A DNA stretch of 64,000 nucleotides from Minisyncoccota bacterium (GTDB lineage: Bacteria > Patescibacteriota > Minisyncoccia > Phycocordibacterales > UBA9973): NCBI GenBank assembly GCA_043718505.1, contig JAYSVN010000005.1:14-64013 (forward strand), written 5' to 3'. Positions 26,575 to 36,127 of the stretch are shown here, piece by piece; within the stretch, counting starts at the first letter, position 1, and the number at the start of each line of letters is the position of its first letter. Below the pieces are notes generated by a model that did not search any database, was not told the origin of the DNA, and worked only from the letters and a program-made list of their open reading frames with translations. A program made the position numbers and the translations under genes.

Positions 26575-28158
26575 CTACCTCGCATACTCCACAATCCTGT
26601 TCTCCCGTATCAATACAACTCGAATTTCACCAGGATATTTAAGATCTGCTTCAATTTTCTTGGCGATATCACGTGCCAGGTCTTTAGCCTGTAAATCAGT
26701 AATTTCAGCAGGGGAGACAAAGACGCGAATTTCGCGGCCGGCAGAGAGAGCGTATGATTTTTCGATGCCAGGGAAACTATTGGTTACAGCTTCAAGATCA
26801 GCAAGACGCTTGAGATAATTTTCAACTGTATCGCGGCGTGCACCAGGACGACCACCGGAAATCATATCAGCTGTTTGAACGATTACAGCTTCGATCGAAG
26901 CATGCGGATAGTCATCATGGTGTGACTTCATAGCGTCGATCACACGCGGATCAGCACCGAACTTTTGCAAAATACGAATACCGATTTCGATGTGCGTACC
27001 CTGAACTTCATGGTCGAGCGCCTTACCAATGTCATGAACAAGAGCGCCGGCTTTAGCAATTTGCACATCAGCACCGAGCTCTTCAGCAAGCATGCCGGCA
27101 ACGTGAGTCATTTCAATAGAGTGCTGCAACACATTTTGGCCGTAACTGGTGCGGAAGTATAAGCGACCGATGATAGCAACCAAGCGTGGATCAAAGTTAA
27201 AGATGCCGCATTCGTATACCGCCTGCTCACCTTTTTCTTTAATAATTTTATTAATATCAGCCTGAGCTTTTTCAACCATCTCTTCTATCTTAGCTGGCTG
27301 GATACGTCCATCGAGAATGAGGTTTTCAAGAGCGACACGTGCAATCTGTCGGCGCACCGGATCATGAGCAGAGATAACAATCGTTCCCGGCGTATCATCA
27401 ACAATTAATTCAACACCAGCGGACTTTTCGAAAGCGCGAATGTTGCGGCCCTCTTTGCCGATAATTTTGCCTTTGATTTCTTCATTCGGAATATTAACCG
27501 ATGTTGTCATGAGCTCAGCAGCAACTGAACCGGAGAAACGTTGAATAACCGTAGCCAAAATATCTTTGGCGCGGCGTTCAAGTTTTTCTTCGCTATCAGT
27601 TTCGAGCTTCTGCATACGGATGAGCAAGTCTTCGGCTGAACGATCTTCGATTTTCTTCATGAGTTCACCACGGGCGTCTTCCTGCGAAAGGCGCGCTATT
27701 TGCGAAAGTTTCTCCATTTCTTCTGAGAGCATACTTTCAGCCTTCTCTTTTATTTTCTTAACTTCTTCACTGCGCTCCTTAATATTTTCTGATTCTTTAT
27801 CTATTTCAGCTTGTCTGGCATCAAGCAATTCTTCTTTTTTAATCAATCGATCCTCTTTCTTTTTTTCATCCGCCAGTCTTTCAATTTCCCTGGCTTTTAC
27901 TTCTTCTTCTTTTTCATCAGCTTTCTTCTTAGCTTCATCAACAATGCGTGTGGCCTCTTCTTTTGCCGACAGGAGAAGTTGTTTGATTTGAATATCAACT
28001 GATCCTTTTTTCCCGAGCGCAATGATTAAGCGAAGATAGTAGCCGACGACAACCCCGACCGCTGCTGCGGCGAGAATGTATACCACTAAATTCATAAAAT
28101 TTTTATAGTCCTGAACGCTCCAAACCCGCCTCGGTTTTTTTGAGGCGTAGAGTATCAA
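26575..28158 (-). CDS. rny: Ribonuclease Y
   Basis: N-terminal TM helix, long Lys/Glu coiled coil, KH domain (GKIIGKEGRNIRAFEKSAGVELIVDDTPG), HD domain (...HDIGKA..., MSHHDDY). Confidence 0.9.
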   Translation of the reverse strand: MILYASKKPRRVWSVQDYKNFMNLVVYILAAAAVGVVVGYYLRLIIALGKKGSVDIQIKQLLLSAKEEATRIVDEAKKKADEKEEEVKAREIERLADEKKKEDRLIKKEELLDARQAEIDKESENIKERSEEVKKIKEKAESMLSEEMEKLSQIARLSQEDARGELMKKIEDRSAEDLLIRMQKLETDSEEKLERRAKDILATVIQRFSGSVAAELMTTSVNIPNEEIKGKIIGKEGRNIRAFEKSAGVELIVDDTPGTIVISAHDPVRRQIARVALENLILDGRIQPAKIEEMVEKAQADINKIIKEKGEQAVYECGIFNFDPRLVAIIGRLYFRTSYGQNVLQHSIEMTHVAGMLAEELGADVQIAKAGALVHDIGKALDHEVQGTHIEIGIRILQKFGADPRVIDAMKSHHDDYPHASIEAVIVQTADMISGGRPGARRDTVENYLKRLADLEAVTNSFPGIEKSYALSAGREIRVFVSPAEITDLQAKDLARDIAKKIEADLKYPGEIRVVLIRENRIVEYAR

Positions 28159-28361
28159 ATTTTTGAGAAATGACGCTTTGCATAGGAAAATTCTGGGACA
28201 AATTACATTTAATTACCAGACTAAAAATAGCATGAAATAGCGTCAGCCAGCAACAGGGGGAGTGAATATGATCTTTAAAATAGGCAATTATCCGAGATAA
28301 ATTGACAGATAGTTATATAAATTGTGAAGTTTTTGCTATCTTATTTACTATGCAAATTCGA

Positions 28362-28952
28362 TTATCTCTTTTTATCTTTCACAATCTCATCAATCAAGCC
28401 GTATTTCTTGGCTTCATCAGCTGACATGTAATTGTCACGATCAGAATCTTTTTCAACCTGAGAAAGTGGCTGACCGGTATTTTTGGACAAAATTTTATTG
28501 AGCTTATCTTTGGTTCGCAAAATGTGTCGTGCAGCAATTTCAATATCAGAAGCCTGACCTTCGGCGCCACCCATGACTTGGTGAATCATGACTTCAGCAT
28601 TTGGCAAAGCAAATCTTTTTCCTTTTGCACCGGATGAAAGTAAAAACGAAGCAGCTGAAGCGGCGATACCAACGCAGATTGTAGAGACGTCAGGCTTGAT
28701 GTGATTCATGGTGTCATAAATAGCCATAGCTGAAGTCACTGATCCGCCAGGGGAGTTGATATAAAGTTTGATATCTTTTTTCGGGTCTTCGTTTTCCAGA
28801 AAGAGTAATTGAGCTATAACAATATTGGCGACATGATCATCAATAACACCGCCGAGGAAAATAATACGATCACGCAAGAGACGTGAGTAAATATCGTAGG
28901 CGCGCTCACCGAGGTTAGATTTTTCGATAACTGTTGGAATTAGGATAGACAT
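28362..28952 (-). CDS. clpP: ATP-dependent Clp protease proteolytic subunit
   Basis: [24 protein letters not shown]..., [18 protein letters not shown]..., catalytic Ser/His/Asp context. Confidence 0.95.
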   Translation of the reverse strand: MSILIPTVIEKSNLGERAYDIYSRLLRDRIIFLGGVIDDHVANIVIAQLLFLENEDPKKDIKLYINSPGGSVTSAMAIYDTMNHIKPDVSTICVGIAASAASFLLSSGAKGKRFALPNAEVMIHQVMGGAEGQASDIEIAARHILRTKDKLNKILSKNTGQPLSQVEKDSDRDNYMSADEAKKYGLIDEIVKDKKR

Positions 28953-29101
28953 AGGTTTTTACTATACGTGTTGTTAAATGGTTTGTAAACTTGGCAAAAT
29001 ATACCCGAAATAGCAGAATCAGTATAGCAGAGCGTACATGGTCGGTATAGCCCTGGCCTTTATCAATATTGAGCACTATTTTTAAAATAAATTATAAATA
29101 T

Positions 29102-29617
29102 ATGACACACCTTCAAAAAATCTTTCTTGGACTAATCGCCGTACTGGCATTTGTAGTGATTGGTGCACCTCGTCAGGCTTCAGCTTGCACAGTGTCGCCT
29201 TGTTATCCTCAGTATCAGCAATATTCGCAATACCAATATTCACCTTGCAGTAATAATTGCTATTACCCTTACAATTATCAATACAATCAATACCAAAACG
29301 TTCGTCCAGCTTGTAATTGCTACAATTATAACTACCATTACCCAACCAATACCGGATACTATCCGACAAACACTGGTTACAATGCAACATCAACAGGTTA
29401 TTATCCTACCAGCACGGGTTATTACCAAACTAGTACCGGACCCTATGCGACGAGTACCGGGTATTACCCAACATCTACTGGTTATTACCCGACAAGCACC
29501 GGTTACTATGCTACGGCCGCGAGCGCCTACTCAACAAACTATAATTCCTATCCGTATAGTTACCAGAACGGCTATTCTGGATATTCAGGCTACTCTCCCT
29601 ACTATAACTGGCGTTAA
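29102..29617 (+). CDS. Secreted Tyr/Gln/Asn-rich repeat protein with ~8 tandem YPT[NS]TGYY heptads
   Basis: Signal peptide MTHLQKIFLGLIAVLAFVVIGAPRQASA. Cys-containing YQ-rich region, then TNTGYYPTNTGYNATSTGYYPTSTGYYQTSTGPYATSTGYYPTSTGYYPTSTGYYAT. DNA-level 21-nt tandem repeats at ~29340-29510. Confidence 0.6.
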   Translation: MTHLQKIFLGLIAVLAFVVIGAPRQASACTVSPCYPQYQQYSQYQYSPCSNNCYYPYNYQYNQYQNVRPACNCYNYNYHYPTNTGYYPTNTGYNATSTGYYPTSTGYYQTSTGPYATSTGYYPTSTGYYPTSTGYYATAASAYSTNYNSYPYSYQNGYSGYSGYSPYYNWR

Positions 29618-29714
29618 ATCCTTATAAATAAAGGTTAAAATACGCACCTATTGACTTATGTGCGTATTTTTGCTATAATACAGAAAAGATAAACTCATAA
29701 CTAAAAACTAGCAA

Positions 29715-30077
29715 ATGAAAAAGACTCTTCTCTTCGTTTATGCCATCGGCATACTTATCGGCCTACAAGGCTGCGGATCTTTTAACGGCACTGTTCAGGG
29801 TACATATAGTAGTGATGGACAACAGGCATGTGCTCCCGCACTACAACAGTTTTATTGTCCACCCGGATACCAAACCAGTACTGGCCCTTATCAGACAGCT
29901 ACCGGCGGCGATGGATCAGTCTGGAATAACGGCTGGAATGGTTCAGGTAGTGGAAACTCAAATGTTGGCCAAGGTCAAAATAACAGTTTCCAAAATAACA
30001 ATCAGCAACAACCTCAGCCGGCCCAACAGGGTCAACCACGAACCAATCCGAGTTCAAATTCGCCCAGGAGAAAATAA
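29715..30077 (+). CDS. Secreted lipoprotein, Gln/Asn/Gly-rich low-complexity
   Basis: Lipobox LIGLQGC, then QNNNQQQPQPAQQGQPRTNPSSNSPRRK tail. Confidence 0.55.
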   Translation: MKKTLLFVYAIGILIGLQGCGSFNGTVQGTYSSDGQQACAPALQQFYCPPGYQTSTGPYQTATGGDGSVWNNGWNGSGSGNSNVGQGQNNSFQNNNQQQPQPAQQGQPRTNPSSNSPRRK

Positions 30078-30100
30078 AAAAATAAGGTTTAGTGAATTAG

Positions 30101-30135
30101 TGCTCGCTTTCGTAACTGAAAGCGAGTTTTTTTAT
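30101..30135 (+). terminator. Rho-independent terminator
   Basis: CTCGCTTTC-GTAACTG-AAAGCGAG hairpin followed by TTTTTTTATT. Confidence 0.7.
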
Positions 30136-30153
30136 TATCTGTGCAAAACCTAC

Positions 30154-30182
30154 TTGACTCTTTTTGGCGACAGGATTATAGT
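30154..30182 (+). promoter_or_regulatory. Near-consensus sigma70 promoter TTGACT-17-TATAGT
   Basis: cTTGACTctttttggcgacaggatTATAGTa read directly. Drives a ~430-nt unit ending at the terminator at 30601-30625. Confidence 0.55.
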
Positions 30183-30233
30183 AGGTCCTCCAGTTAATTT
30201 CCGCAGTTCATTTAACAATCAAATAGCTACCAC

Positions 30234-30584
30234 ATGATCAAAGTAATTTTGATAGTATCCGAACTCTTTTATTGCCCGATTCGCGGACACCCGGAATCCG
30301 ACATGGCGCTCATCATTATTGACCACCCCTTAGAATCTTTTATTCCGAGGTTTAGAGACAATAATAGTAAGTCCTATGAAAACGGTAATCTCAAAGGAGC
30401 ACTTAGCGCGATCCCACTTGTAATGATTGATGCGAAAGATGCGCTACCTGCTTTGTCAGTAACAATGGCAATAGGACACTTTGAGGAATCGGTTCTCTTT
30501 TTTCTACCGCCATGCGGGCGGTATCAATGCCTTGCGTTTCTTCCGAAACGAGGCGGCTCCCAATATCCAAGCGGCTTCACGTAG
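30234..30584 (+). other. Promoter-to-terminator bounded transcript containing a 116-codon ORF of doubtful coding quality (no SD, atypical composition); possible ncRNA or orphan small protein
   Basis: ORF MIKVILIVSELFYCPIRGHPESDM... lacks an RBS. Unit bounded by the promoter at 30154 and terminator at 30601. Confidence 0.3.
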
Positions 30585-30600
30585 CTGCGACCAACTTCAA

Positions 30601-30625
30601 ACCCGTCACACGACGGGTTTTTTTC
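30601..30625 (+). terminator. Rho-independent terminator
   Basis: ACCCGTC-ACAC-GACGGGT hairpin followed by TTTTTTTCTG. Confidence 0.65.
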
Positions 30626-30644
30626 TGCGTGATTATTCGTAAAA

Positions 30645-31694
30645 CTATTTCGCGTTCTTCTCCAAAAACTCAAACACAGCTTCATTAGTCATGACTTGCT
30701 CTATATATGCGATGGCGCGATTTTTATCGGCACCAGGGTAGCGCTCAACAAGAACTTCAGCTTCTTTTTCAATATCTTTTTCACTCGGCGTCAGACCTTC
30801 TTTTTTACCAATTTCAAAAAGAGCCAGTTCCATGGCCGCGCGCTTTTTGGCGTCGGGTAGAAAATCTTTTTTCATGTCATCTTCGGTTTTGCCTATGTGC
30901 TTTGAATATTCATCAAATTTCATTCCGGCGCGTTCAATTGTTTCGCGAAGCTGCATGAGCATTTTACTCATTTCTGATTCGACGAGAATGTCAGGCACTT
31001 CAACTTTGGTTTCAGCAGCAATACGTTCAACAATTTTTGAACGATTCTTATCCTTATTCTCCATCCTCTTCTCGACTTTCAAATTATCACGAAGCTTAAC
31101 CCTAAATTCATCAACAGTTGCGAAAGCACCTAGTGTTTTTACAAATTCATCGGTAAGTTCAGGTAAATTTTCCTCTTTAATTTCATTGTGGTCATGCGCC
31201 TCATGAGGAACATTATCTTCATGCATTTTCTGGTGAGCGCGCATTTTTCTGATATCAAGAATTGCTTTCTCAAAATCTTCGTCTGTTACTTCTTCGCTTT
31301 CGTCTTTCCATTCCTCTTTAGCAATTTTTTTATAGTCGGGAAGTGTAACTTCAGGCAGGACTGCTGTTTTGACGGTAAATTCAAGCGCATTACCGCGGGC
31401 GAGTTTAGTAATCATAACTTCAGGACGACCAATGACCGGAATTTTTTCTTCGGCTATAGTTTTTGGATACATGTCAGCAATAATAAGCTCAGCCATTTTT
31501 TCTAAAATAGCCATTTCGTGTAAATGCTTTCTGATGACTTCAGCCGGGGCTTTGCCTTTGCGGAAGCCGTCGACTTCAAGATCTTTTGATAGGAATTCGA
31601 GTGCTTCAGTTTCGCGGGTAACCCACACTTCAGCAGGCACTTCGAAAAGCATTTCTATCATTGATTTATCTAATTTGTTGGTTTTCTTTAACAT
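30645..31694 (-). CDS. tig: Trigger factor (short form)
   Basis: N-terminal ribosome-binding signature ...DGFRKGKAPAEVIRK..., PPIase-like and C-terminal chaperone regions. Start trimmed to MLKKTNK (31694), which sits 7 nt after a TTGACA-17-TACACT promoter. Confidence 0.8.
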   Translation of the reverse strand: MLKKTNKLDKSMIEMLFEVPAEVWVTRETEALEFLSKDLEVDGFRKGKAPAEVIRKHLHEMAILEKMAELIIADMYPKTIAEEKIPVIGRPEVMITKLARGNALEFTVKTAVLPEVTLPDYKKIAKEEWKDESEEVTDEDFEKAILDIRKMRAHQKMHEDNVPHEAHDHNEIKEENLPELTDEFVKTLGAFATVDEFRVKLRDNLKVEKRMENKDKNRSKIVERIAAETKVEVPDILVESEMSKMLMQLRETIERAGMKFDEYSKHIGKTEDDMKKDFLPDAKKRAAMELALFEIGKKEGLTPSEKDIEKEAEVLVERYPGADKNRAIAYIEQVMTNEAVFEFLEKNAK

Positions 31695-31701
31695 ACGCCA
31701 C

Positions 31702-31730
31702 AGTGTAAGGGGGAGAAGGGGATTTGTCAA
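31702..31730 (-). promoter_or_regulatory. Consensus sigma70 promoter (TTGACA-17-TACACT) for tig with a 7-nt leader
   Basis: Minus strand: TTGACAaatccccttctcccccTTACACTgtggcgtATG. Confidence 0.55.
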
Positions 31731-31811
31731 AAATAGTTCGGTTTTGACATTCCGTACGATCTGAGTAGTATGTGTAAGATAAGTACCTAAAAAATAAAAT
31801 ATCACTAAAAT

Positions 31812-32147
31812 ATGGAAAAAGTTCTTACAAAAACTCAGCAAACAGCTACAGCAAATGCTTTGGAGAAACTTATAAGCATGCCTCAAGTAAAAGATCTTAT
31901 TCGTGATCTTGTCTTAGTACATAAACGAATTGCCGCACAAGAAAGTTATAGTCTCATTTTAAAAAAGAACGGCGTGCTGGTAAAAAACCATTATTATATT
32001 GTATCTGGTTTTGATGAAGTTGGTGACAAAGTTCATGAAGAGAAAGATGACAATGAGAAAATTACTAAGGAAAAATTTATTGAAGTAATTACTTTTTTTG
32101 ATCTTGATGTTGAACAGATAAACTCAATACAAAAAAGACTTCAGTAA
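31812..32147 (+). CDS. Hypothetical protein (111 aa)
   Basis: ORF with terminator downstream. No recognised domain. Confidence 0.45.
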   Translation: MEKVLTKTQQTATANALEKLISMPQVKDLIRDLVLVHKRIAAQESYSLILKKNGVLVKNHYYIVSGFDEVGDKVHEEKDDNEKITKEKFIEVITFFDLDVEQINSIQKRLQ

Positions 32148-32149
32148 AA

Positions 32150-32186
32150 TAAAGAGCGACCTTGCGGCCGCTCTTTTTTATTTACA
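32150..32186. terminator. Bidirectional terminator between convergent genes
   Basis: AAAGAGCG-ACCTTGCGGC-CGCTCTTTTTTATTT. Confidence 0.6.
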
Positions 32187-32238
32187 TATTTCGCAAATAT
32201 TTTGCAACCAAATAATCGAATGAGCTTAAATAATCGAA

Positions 32239-34221
32239 TTAGATAAGTAGTGCAACAATGAGGAGCGCAACAATATTCAAGATCTTAATCATCGGATTAA
32301 TAGCAGGACCAGCAGTGTCTTTGTACGGATCACCAACGGTGTCACCGGTAACAGCAGCTTTGTGAGCTTCTGAACCTTTGCCGCCGAAGTTGCCGAGCTC
32401 AATGTATTTCTTAGCATTGTCCCAAGCGCCACCACCTGATGTCATTGAGATAGCGACGAAGATACCCGTAATGATCGCACCTACAAGTAAGCCACCGAGC
32501 GCCTCAACCCCTAAAGTAAAACCGATAATAATTGGTGCGAGTACTGGAATAAGCGCAGGCAAAATCATTTCGCGTATAGCAGTTTTGGTAACGATATCTA
32601 CAGCGGCACGGTAGTCTGGCTTTTCTGTACCTTTCATGATGCCAGGGTGTTCACGGAACTGTCGGCGAACTTCTTCAACAACAGAGCTGGCAGCGCGGCC
32701 GACAGATTCCATCGACAATGCACCGAAGTAAAACGGCAGGAGTCCGCCGATAAATAAACCGGCGAGCACAGCAGGGTTATCAATCTCGAAACTAAAACCA
32801 GGACCGATTGAATATGTGAAGTCAGCAAAAAGCACAAGTGCCGCGAGTGCAGCTGAACCGATTGCATAACCTTTGGTAACTGCTTTTGTTGTATTACCAA
32901 CAGCGTCGAGTGGATCAGTGATGTTGCGAACAGCCTCACCCATTTCTGCCATTTCAGCGATACCGCCAGCATTGTCAGTAATTGGTCCGTATGAATCGAT
33001 AGTCACGATGATGCCAGCCATTGAAAGCATGGCAACAGCCGCAACCGCGATACCGTAAATACCAGAAAGTTCAAAAGCACCAAGGATTGCAGCGACGATC
33101 ACAATGATCGGAAGCGCAGTTGATTTCATCGAAACAGCGAGACCAGCGATGATATTTGTGCCGTGACCAGTTTGTGAAGCTTTGGCAATACTTTTTACCG
33201 GAGCAAAGCGAGTCGATGTGTAGTATTCAGTAATGACAACGAGGAGCGCGGTAACGACGAGACCGATGAGCGCAGAGAAGTAGAGGTTAAGTGGAATTAC
33301 TCCGCTGACATTTTCAAAAATCGAAAGTGTGAGCGGGTAAAAAACAATTGCGGAAATAATTCCGGAAACCGCGAGGCCTTTGTACAGCGCGCGCATGATG
33401 TTGCCGGACTTTCCGAGTTTGATAAAGAGAATACCGATTATCGAAGCAATAATTGAAACTGCACCGAGAATGAGCGGATAGGTAACAGCTTCGGTTGCGC
33501 CAGTAAAGAGAAGTCCGCCGAGAACCATGGCAGCGATAGAAGTCACCGCGTATGTTTCAAAGAGGTCCGCTGCCATACCAGCACAGTCACCGACATTGTC
33601 ACCGACATTGTCTGCGATCACCGCCGGGTTGCGAGGGTCATCTTCCGGAATACCAGCTTCAACTTTACCGACTAGGTCAGCACCGACGTCTGCAGCTTTG
33701 GTAAAAATACCACCGCCGAGACGAGCGAAGATTGAAATCAGTGAACCACCGAAACCAAGTCCGATAAGTGTGTGAACGTCTTTGGTGATGAAATAGAAAC
33801 CAGCAGTGCCAAGAAGTCCAAGACCAACGACAAGCATACCGGTCACTGAGCCACCACGAACTGCGACTGAGAGCGCTTTCTTGAGACCACCACGAGCCGC
33901 TTCAGCTGTGCGAACATTGGCGCGAACGGAAATGTTCATGCCGATGTAACCAGCAAGTGCCGATAAAACTGCACCAACAAGGAAAGCAATAGCCATTGTC
34001 CAGCCGAGGGAAGGAATAAAGCCGATTACCAAAAAGAGTGCTGCAGCAACATATGCAATCGTTTTGTATTGGCGATTGAGGTAAGCGCTAGCGCCTTCCT
34101 GAATTGCTTTGGCAATTGCACGCATCTTGTCATTGCCGTCAGGCAACTTATTAATGCGATAAGCCACAAAGAGTCCGTATATAATTGCGAGAACTGAACT
34201 CGCGAGGATGAATATTGTCAT
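32239..34221 (-). CDS. hppA: Membrane-bound proton/sodium-translocating pyrophosphatase (H+-PPase)
   Basis: ~15 TM helices with GGG(I/L)[41 protein letters not shown](T/S)DNAGG signatures. Confidence 0.95.
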   Translation of the reverse strand: MTIFILASSVLAIIYGLFVAYRINKLPDGNDKMRAIAKAIQEGASAYLNRQYKTIAYVAAALFLVIGFIPSLGWTMAIAFLVGAVLSALAGYIGMNISVRANVRTAEAARGGLKKALSVAVRGGSVTGMLVVGLGLLGTAGFYFITKDVHTLIGLGFGGSLISIFARLGGGIFTKAADVGADLVGKVEAGIPEDDPRNPAVIADNVGDNVGDCAGMAADLFETYAVTSIAAMVLGGLLFTGATEAVTYPLILGAVSIIASIIGILFIKLGKSGNIMRALYKGLAVSGIISAIVFYPLTLSIFENVSGVIPLNLYFSALIGLVVTALLVVITEYYTSTRFAPVKSIAKASQTGHGTNIIAGLAVSMKSTALPIIVIVAAILGAFELSGIYGIAVAAVAMLSMAGIIVTIDSYGPITDNAGGIAEMAEMGEAVRNITDPLDAVGNTTKAVTKGYAIGSAALAALVLFADFTYSIGPGFSFEIDNPAVLAGLFIGGLLPFYFGALSMESVGRAASSVVEEVRRQFREHPGIMKGTEKPDYRAAVDIVTKTAIREMILPALIPVLAPIIIGFTLGVEALGGLLVGAIITGIFVAISMTSGGGAWDNAKKYIELGNFGGKGSEAHKAAVTGDTVGDPYKDTAGPAINPMIKILNIVALLIVALLI

Positions 34222-34282
34222 ACTGAATTTATCTTAAATTAATTTTAAATAAAATTATTAATCTGCTTCTACTACCGGGATA

Positions 34283-35605
34283 TTACTCCTTCTCCATCGG
34301 CATGTCTTCTACGATATCTTTTTTCTCTGTACCATCGTCTACGACACCACCGTCAACAATGCCATCATCTGAAACAACTTCATCAGCTGTTTCAACTTCC
34401 TCAACTCCCATATCGACACCTTCGTCGTATGTAGACTTAAGATCTTTGAGCGAGGTAAAACCCTGATCTTCTTCGACAGTTTCGCCGTCGGAAGATGTAA
34501 CTGATTCAGCAGTGATGCCTTTGATGTCAATTCTCCAGCCAGTGAGTTTGGCAGCGAGACGAACATTTTGTCCGCCTTTGCCGATAGCGAGTGAAAGCTG
34601 ATCATCAGCTACTTCAACAAATGCTTTGTGCTCAGCCTCGTTAATTTCAATATTGATGACTTTGGCAGGGGAAAGAGAATTAGAAACGTAGGTTGTCGGA
34701 TCTTGATTCCATTCAATAATGTCAACTTTTTCTCCGCCGAGTTCGTTGGTAACAGTTGTGACGCGAACACCGCGCCCGCCGACACATGAACCAACCGGAT
34801 CAACATGATCATCATTTGAAAACACTGCCATCTTTGATCGAGAACCTGGTTCGCGGGCAATTGATTTTACTTCAACGACATTGTTTGCGATCTCGGGAAC
34901 TTCAAGTTCAAAAAGTTTTTTGAGGAACATTGGATGAGTACGGGAAAGTTTGAGTGAGACACCGCGGGCACCTTCATCAACTGCGTAGAGATATGCACGG
35001 ATGCGTTCGCCGCGTCGGAAGTTTTCGCCAGGGATTTGTTCTTGCGATGGCAAAATACCGATTGCACGATTGAAGTCAACAATCACCGTGCCGCTTTCAA
35101 TTTTCTGAATAATACCGGAAATAATTTCACCTTCCTTATCACCATATTCATCTACCAATGAACTTCTTTCAGCTTCGCGAATGCGTTGCATAATAACTTG
35201 CTTGGCAGTTTGAGCGGCAATGCGTCCAAAATCTTCTTTGGTTTCAAGAGGGAATACGATTTCGTCATTTACTTCGGCGTTGCCTTTAATTTTTTTGGCG
35301 TCCTCAAGCAGAATGTGTTTTTCAGGATTGAATCGCTCACGTTCTTCGCCGACCGGAGCTGTGTCTTCTTCGCCCTTTGGCATCCAAACGAGAGTATCGT
35401 CGACGACAATTTTTACTTGTGAAAATGTAGTCACGCCCGTATCGAGATCGAAATGGGCACGAACTATTTGCCAGCGCTTACCAAAATCTTTTTTGTAAGC
35501 GGCAGCCAGGGCCTGCTCAATGGCCTCAATTATCTTTTCTTTCGGTATGCGGCGCTCTTCTTCGAGCTGTTCGAGTGCCGATTTTAATACTTTCATGTCT
35601 AACAT
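34283..35605 (-). CDS. nusA: Transcription termination/antitermination factor NusA with acidic C-terminal tail
   Basis: S1 and KH1/KH2 regions (...SRTHPMFLKKLFELEVPEI..., VFSNDDHVDPVGSCVGGRGVRV..., GWRIDIKG). Start trimmed to MLDMKVLKS (35605). Confidence 0.9.
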   Translation of the reverse strand: MLDMKVLKSALEQLEEERRIPKEKIIEAIEQALAAAYKKDFGKRWQIVRAHFDLDTGVTTFSQVKIVVDDTLVWMPKGEEDTAPVGEERERFNPEKHILLEDAKKIKGNAEVNDEIVFPLETKEDFGRIAAQTAKQVIMQRIREAERSSLVDEYGDKEGEIISGIIQKIESGTVIVDFNRAIGILPSQEQIPGENFRRGERIRAYLYAVDEGARGVSLKLSRTHPMFLKKLFELEVPEIANNVVEVKSIAREPGSRSKMAVFSNDDHVDPVGSCVGGRGVRVTTVTNELGGEKVDIIEWNQDPTTYVSNSLSPAKVINIEINEAEHKAFVEVADDQLSLAIGKGGQNVRLAAKLTGWRIDIKGITAESVTSSDGETVEEDQGFTSLKDLKSTYDEGVDMGVEEVETADEVVSDDGIVDGGVVDDGTEKKDIVEDMPMEKE

Positions 35606-35817
35606 ATTGATTTTTGGCCCAATTCCCGCAATTTCTGAAGAAATAGTGAAAAAAGAGCGTATTGATTTGTAAAAAGGCCCGGCTTTCGGCCGAGACTTAT
35701 GTAGATAATGTATTAAAAAAAGAGGCAAAAGTCAATCGAACAAATATTCAGGCTGTAATTCACATCAAGTCATTGCTTTCACTGCCCCAAAGGTAGTACC
35801 ATGATAGTAATCGTACT

Positions 35818-36126
35818 ATGGCACCAGAACTCAAACAGTTGCAAAAAAAACCAAAGAGAACAGGATTTTTCGTTCTGCTCCTTATTATTGCCGTTGTTGT
35901 TTTTGCTGCGTACGCATTAACTAAAAAACAAAATAACCTAAGCTCGGTTCAACCTAAAATTTCACAAAGTGAAAAAGAAGAAATCCTTAATTTCATTAAA
36001 AATCCACCACCAGCGATAACTGTTGAGGAAAAAAAGGAGATTTATAAAGAATTAGCAAACTCTAAGAAACCAAAACCTGTCTCCCAACAAGAAAAAGAAG
36101 CTATGTTTGCTGAGCTTAAACAATAA
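35818..36126 (+). CDS. Small single-TM membrane protein, Lys/Glu-rich (hypothetical)
   Basis: TM helix FFVLLLIIAVVVFAAYAL. Stop 1 nt before the next gene. Confidence 0.45.
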   Translation: MAPELKQLQKKPKRTGFFVLLLIIAVVVFAAYALTKKQNNLSSVQPKISQSEKEEILNFIKNPPPAITVEEKKEIYKELANSKKPKPVSQQEKEAMFAELKQ

Positions 36127-36127
36127 T

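Noticed and set aside
30234-30584. Possible tmRNA, RNase P or SRP RNA in the promoter-terminator unit
   Set aside because: No tRNA-like 3' end (GGTTCGAATCC...CCA), no P4 consensus (AGGAAAGTCCGGGC / ACAGAACCCGGCTTA), no SRP domain IV motif recognisable by eye. Left as an unknown transcript.
32378-33775. Antisense ORFs within the H+-PPase gene (32378..32614, 32634..32972, 33527..33775)
   Set aside because: Overlap a confidently assigned membrane pyrophosphatase. The Ala/Ser/Pro-rich translations reflect the GC-skewed antisense strand.
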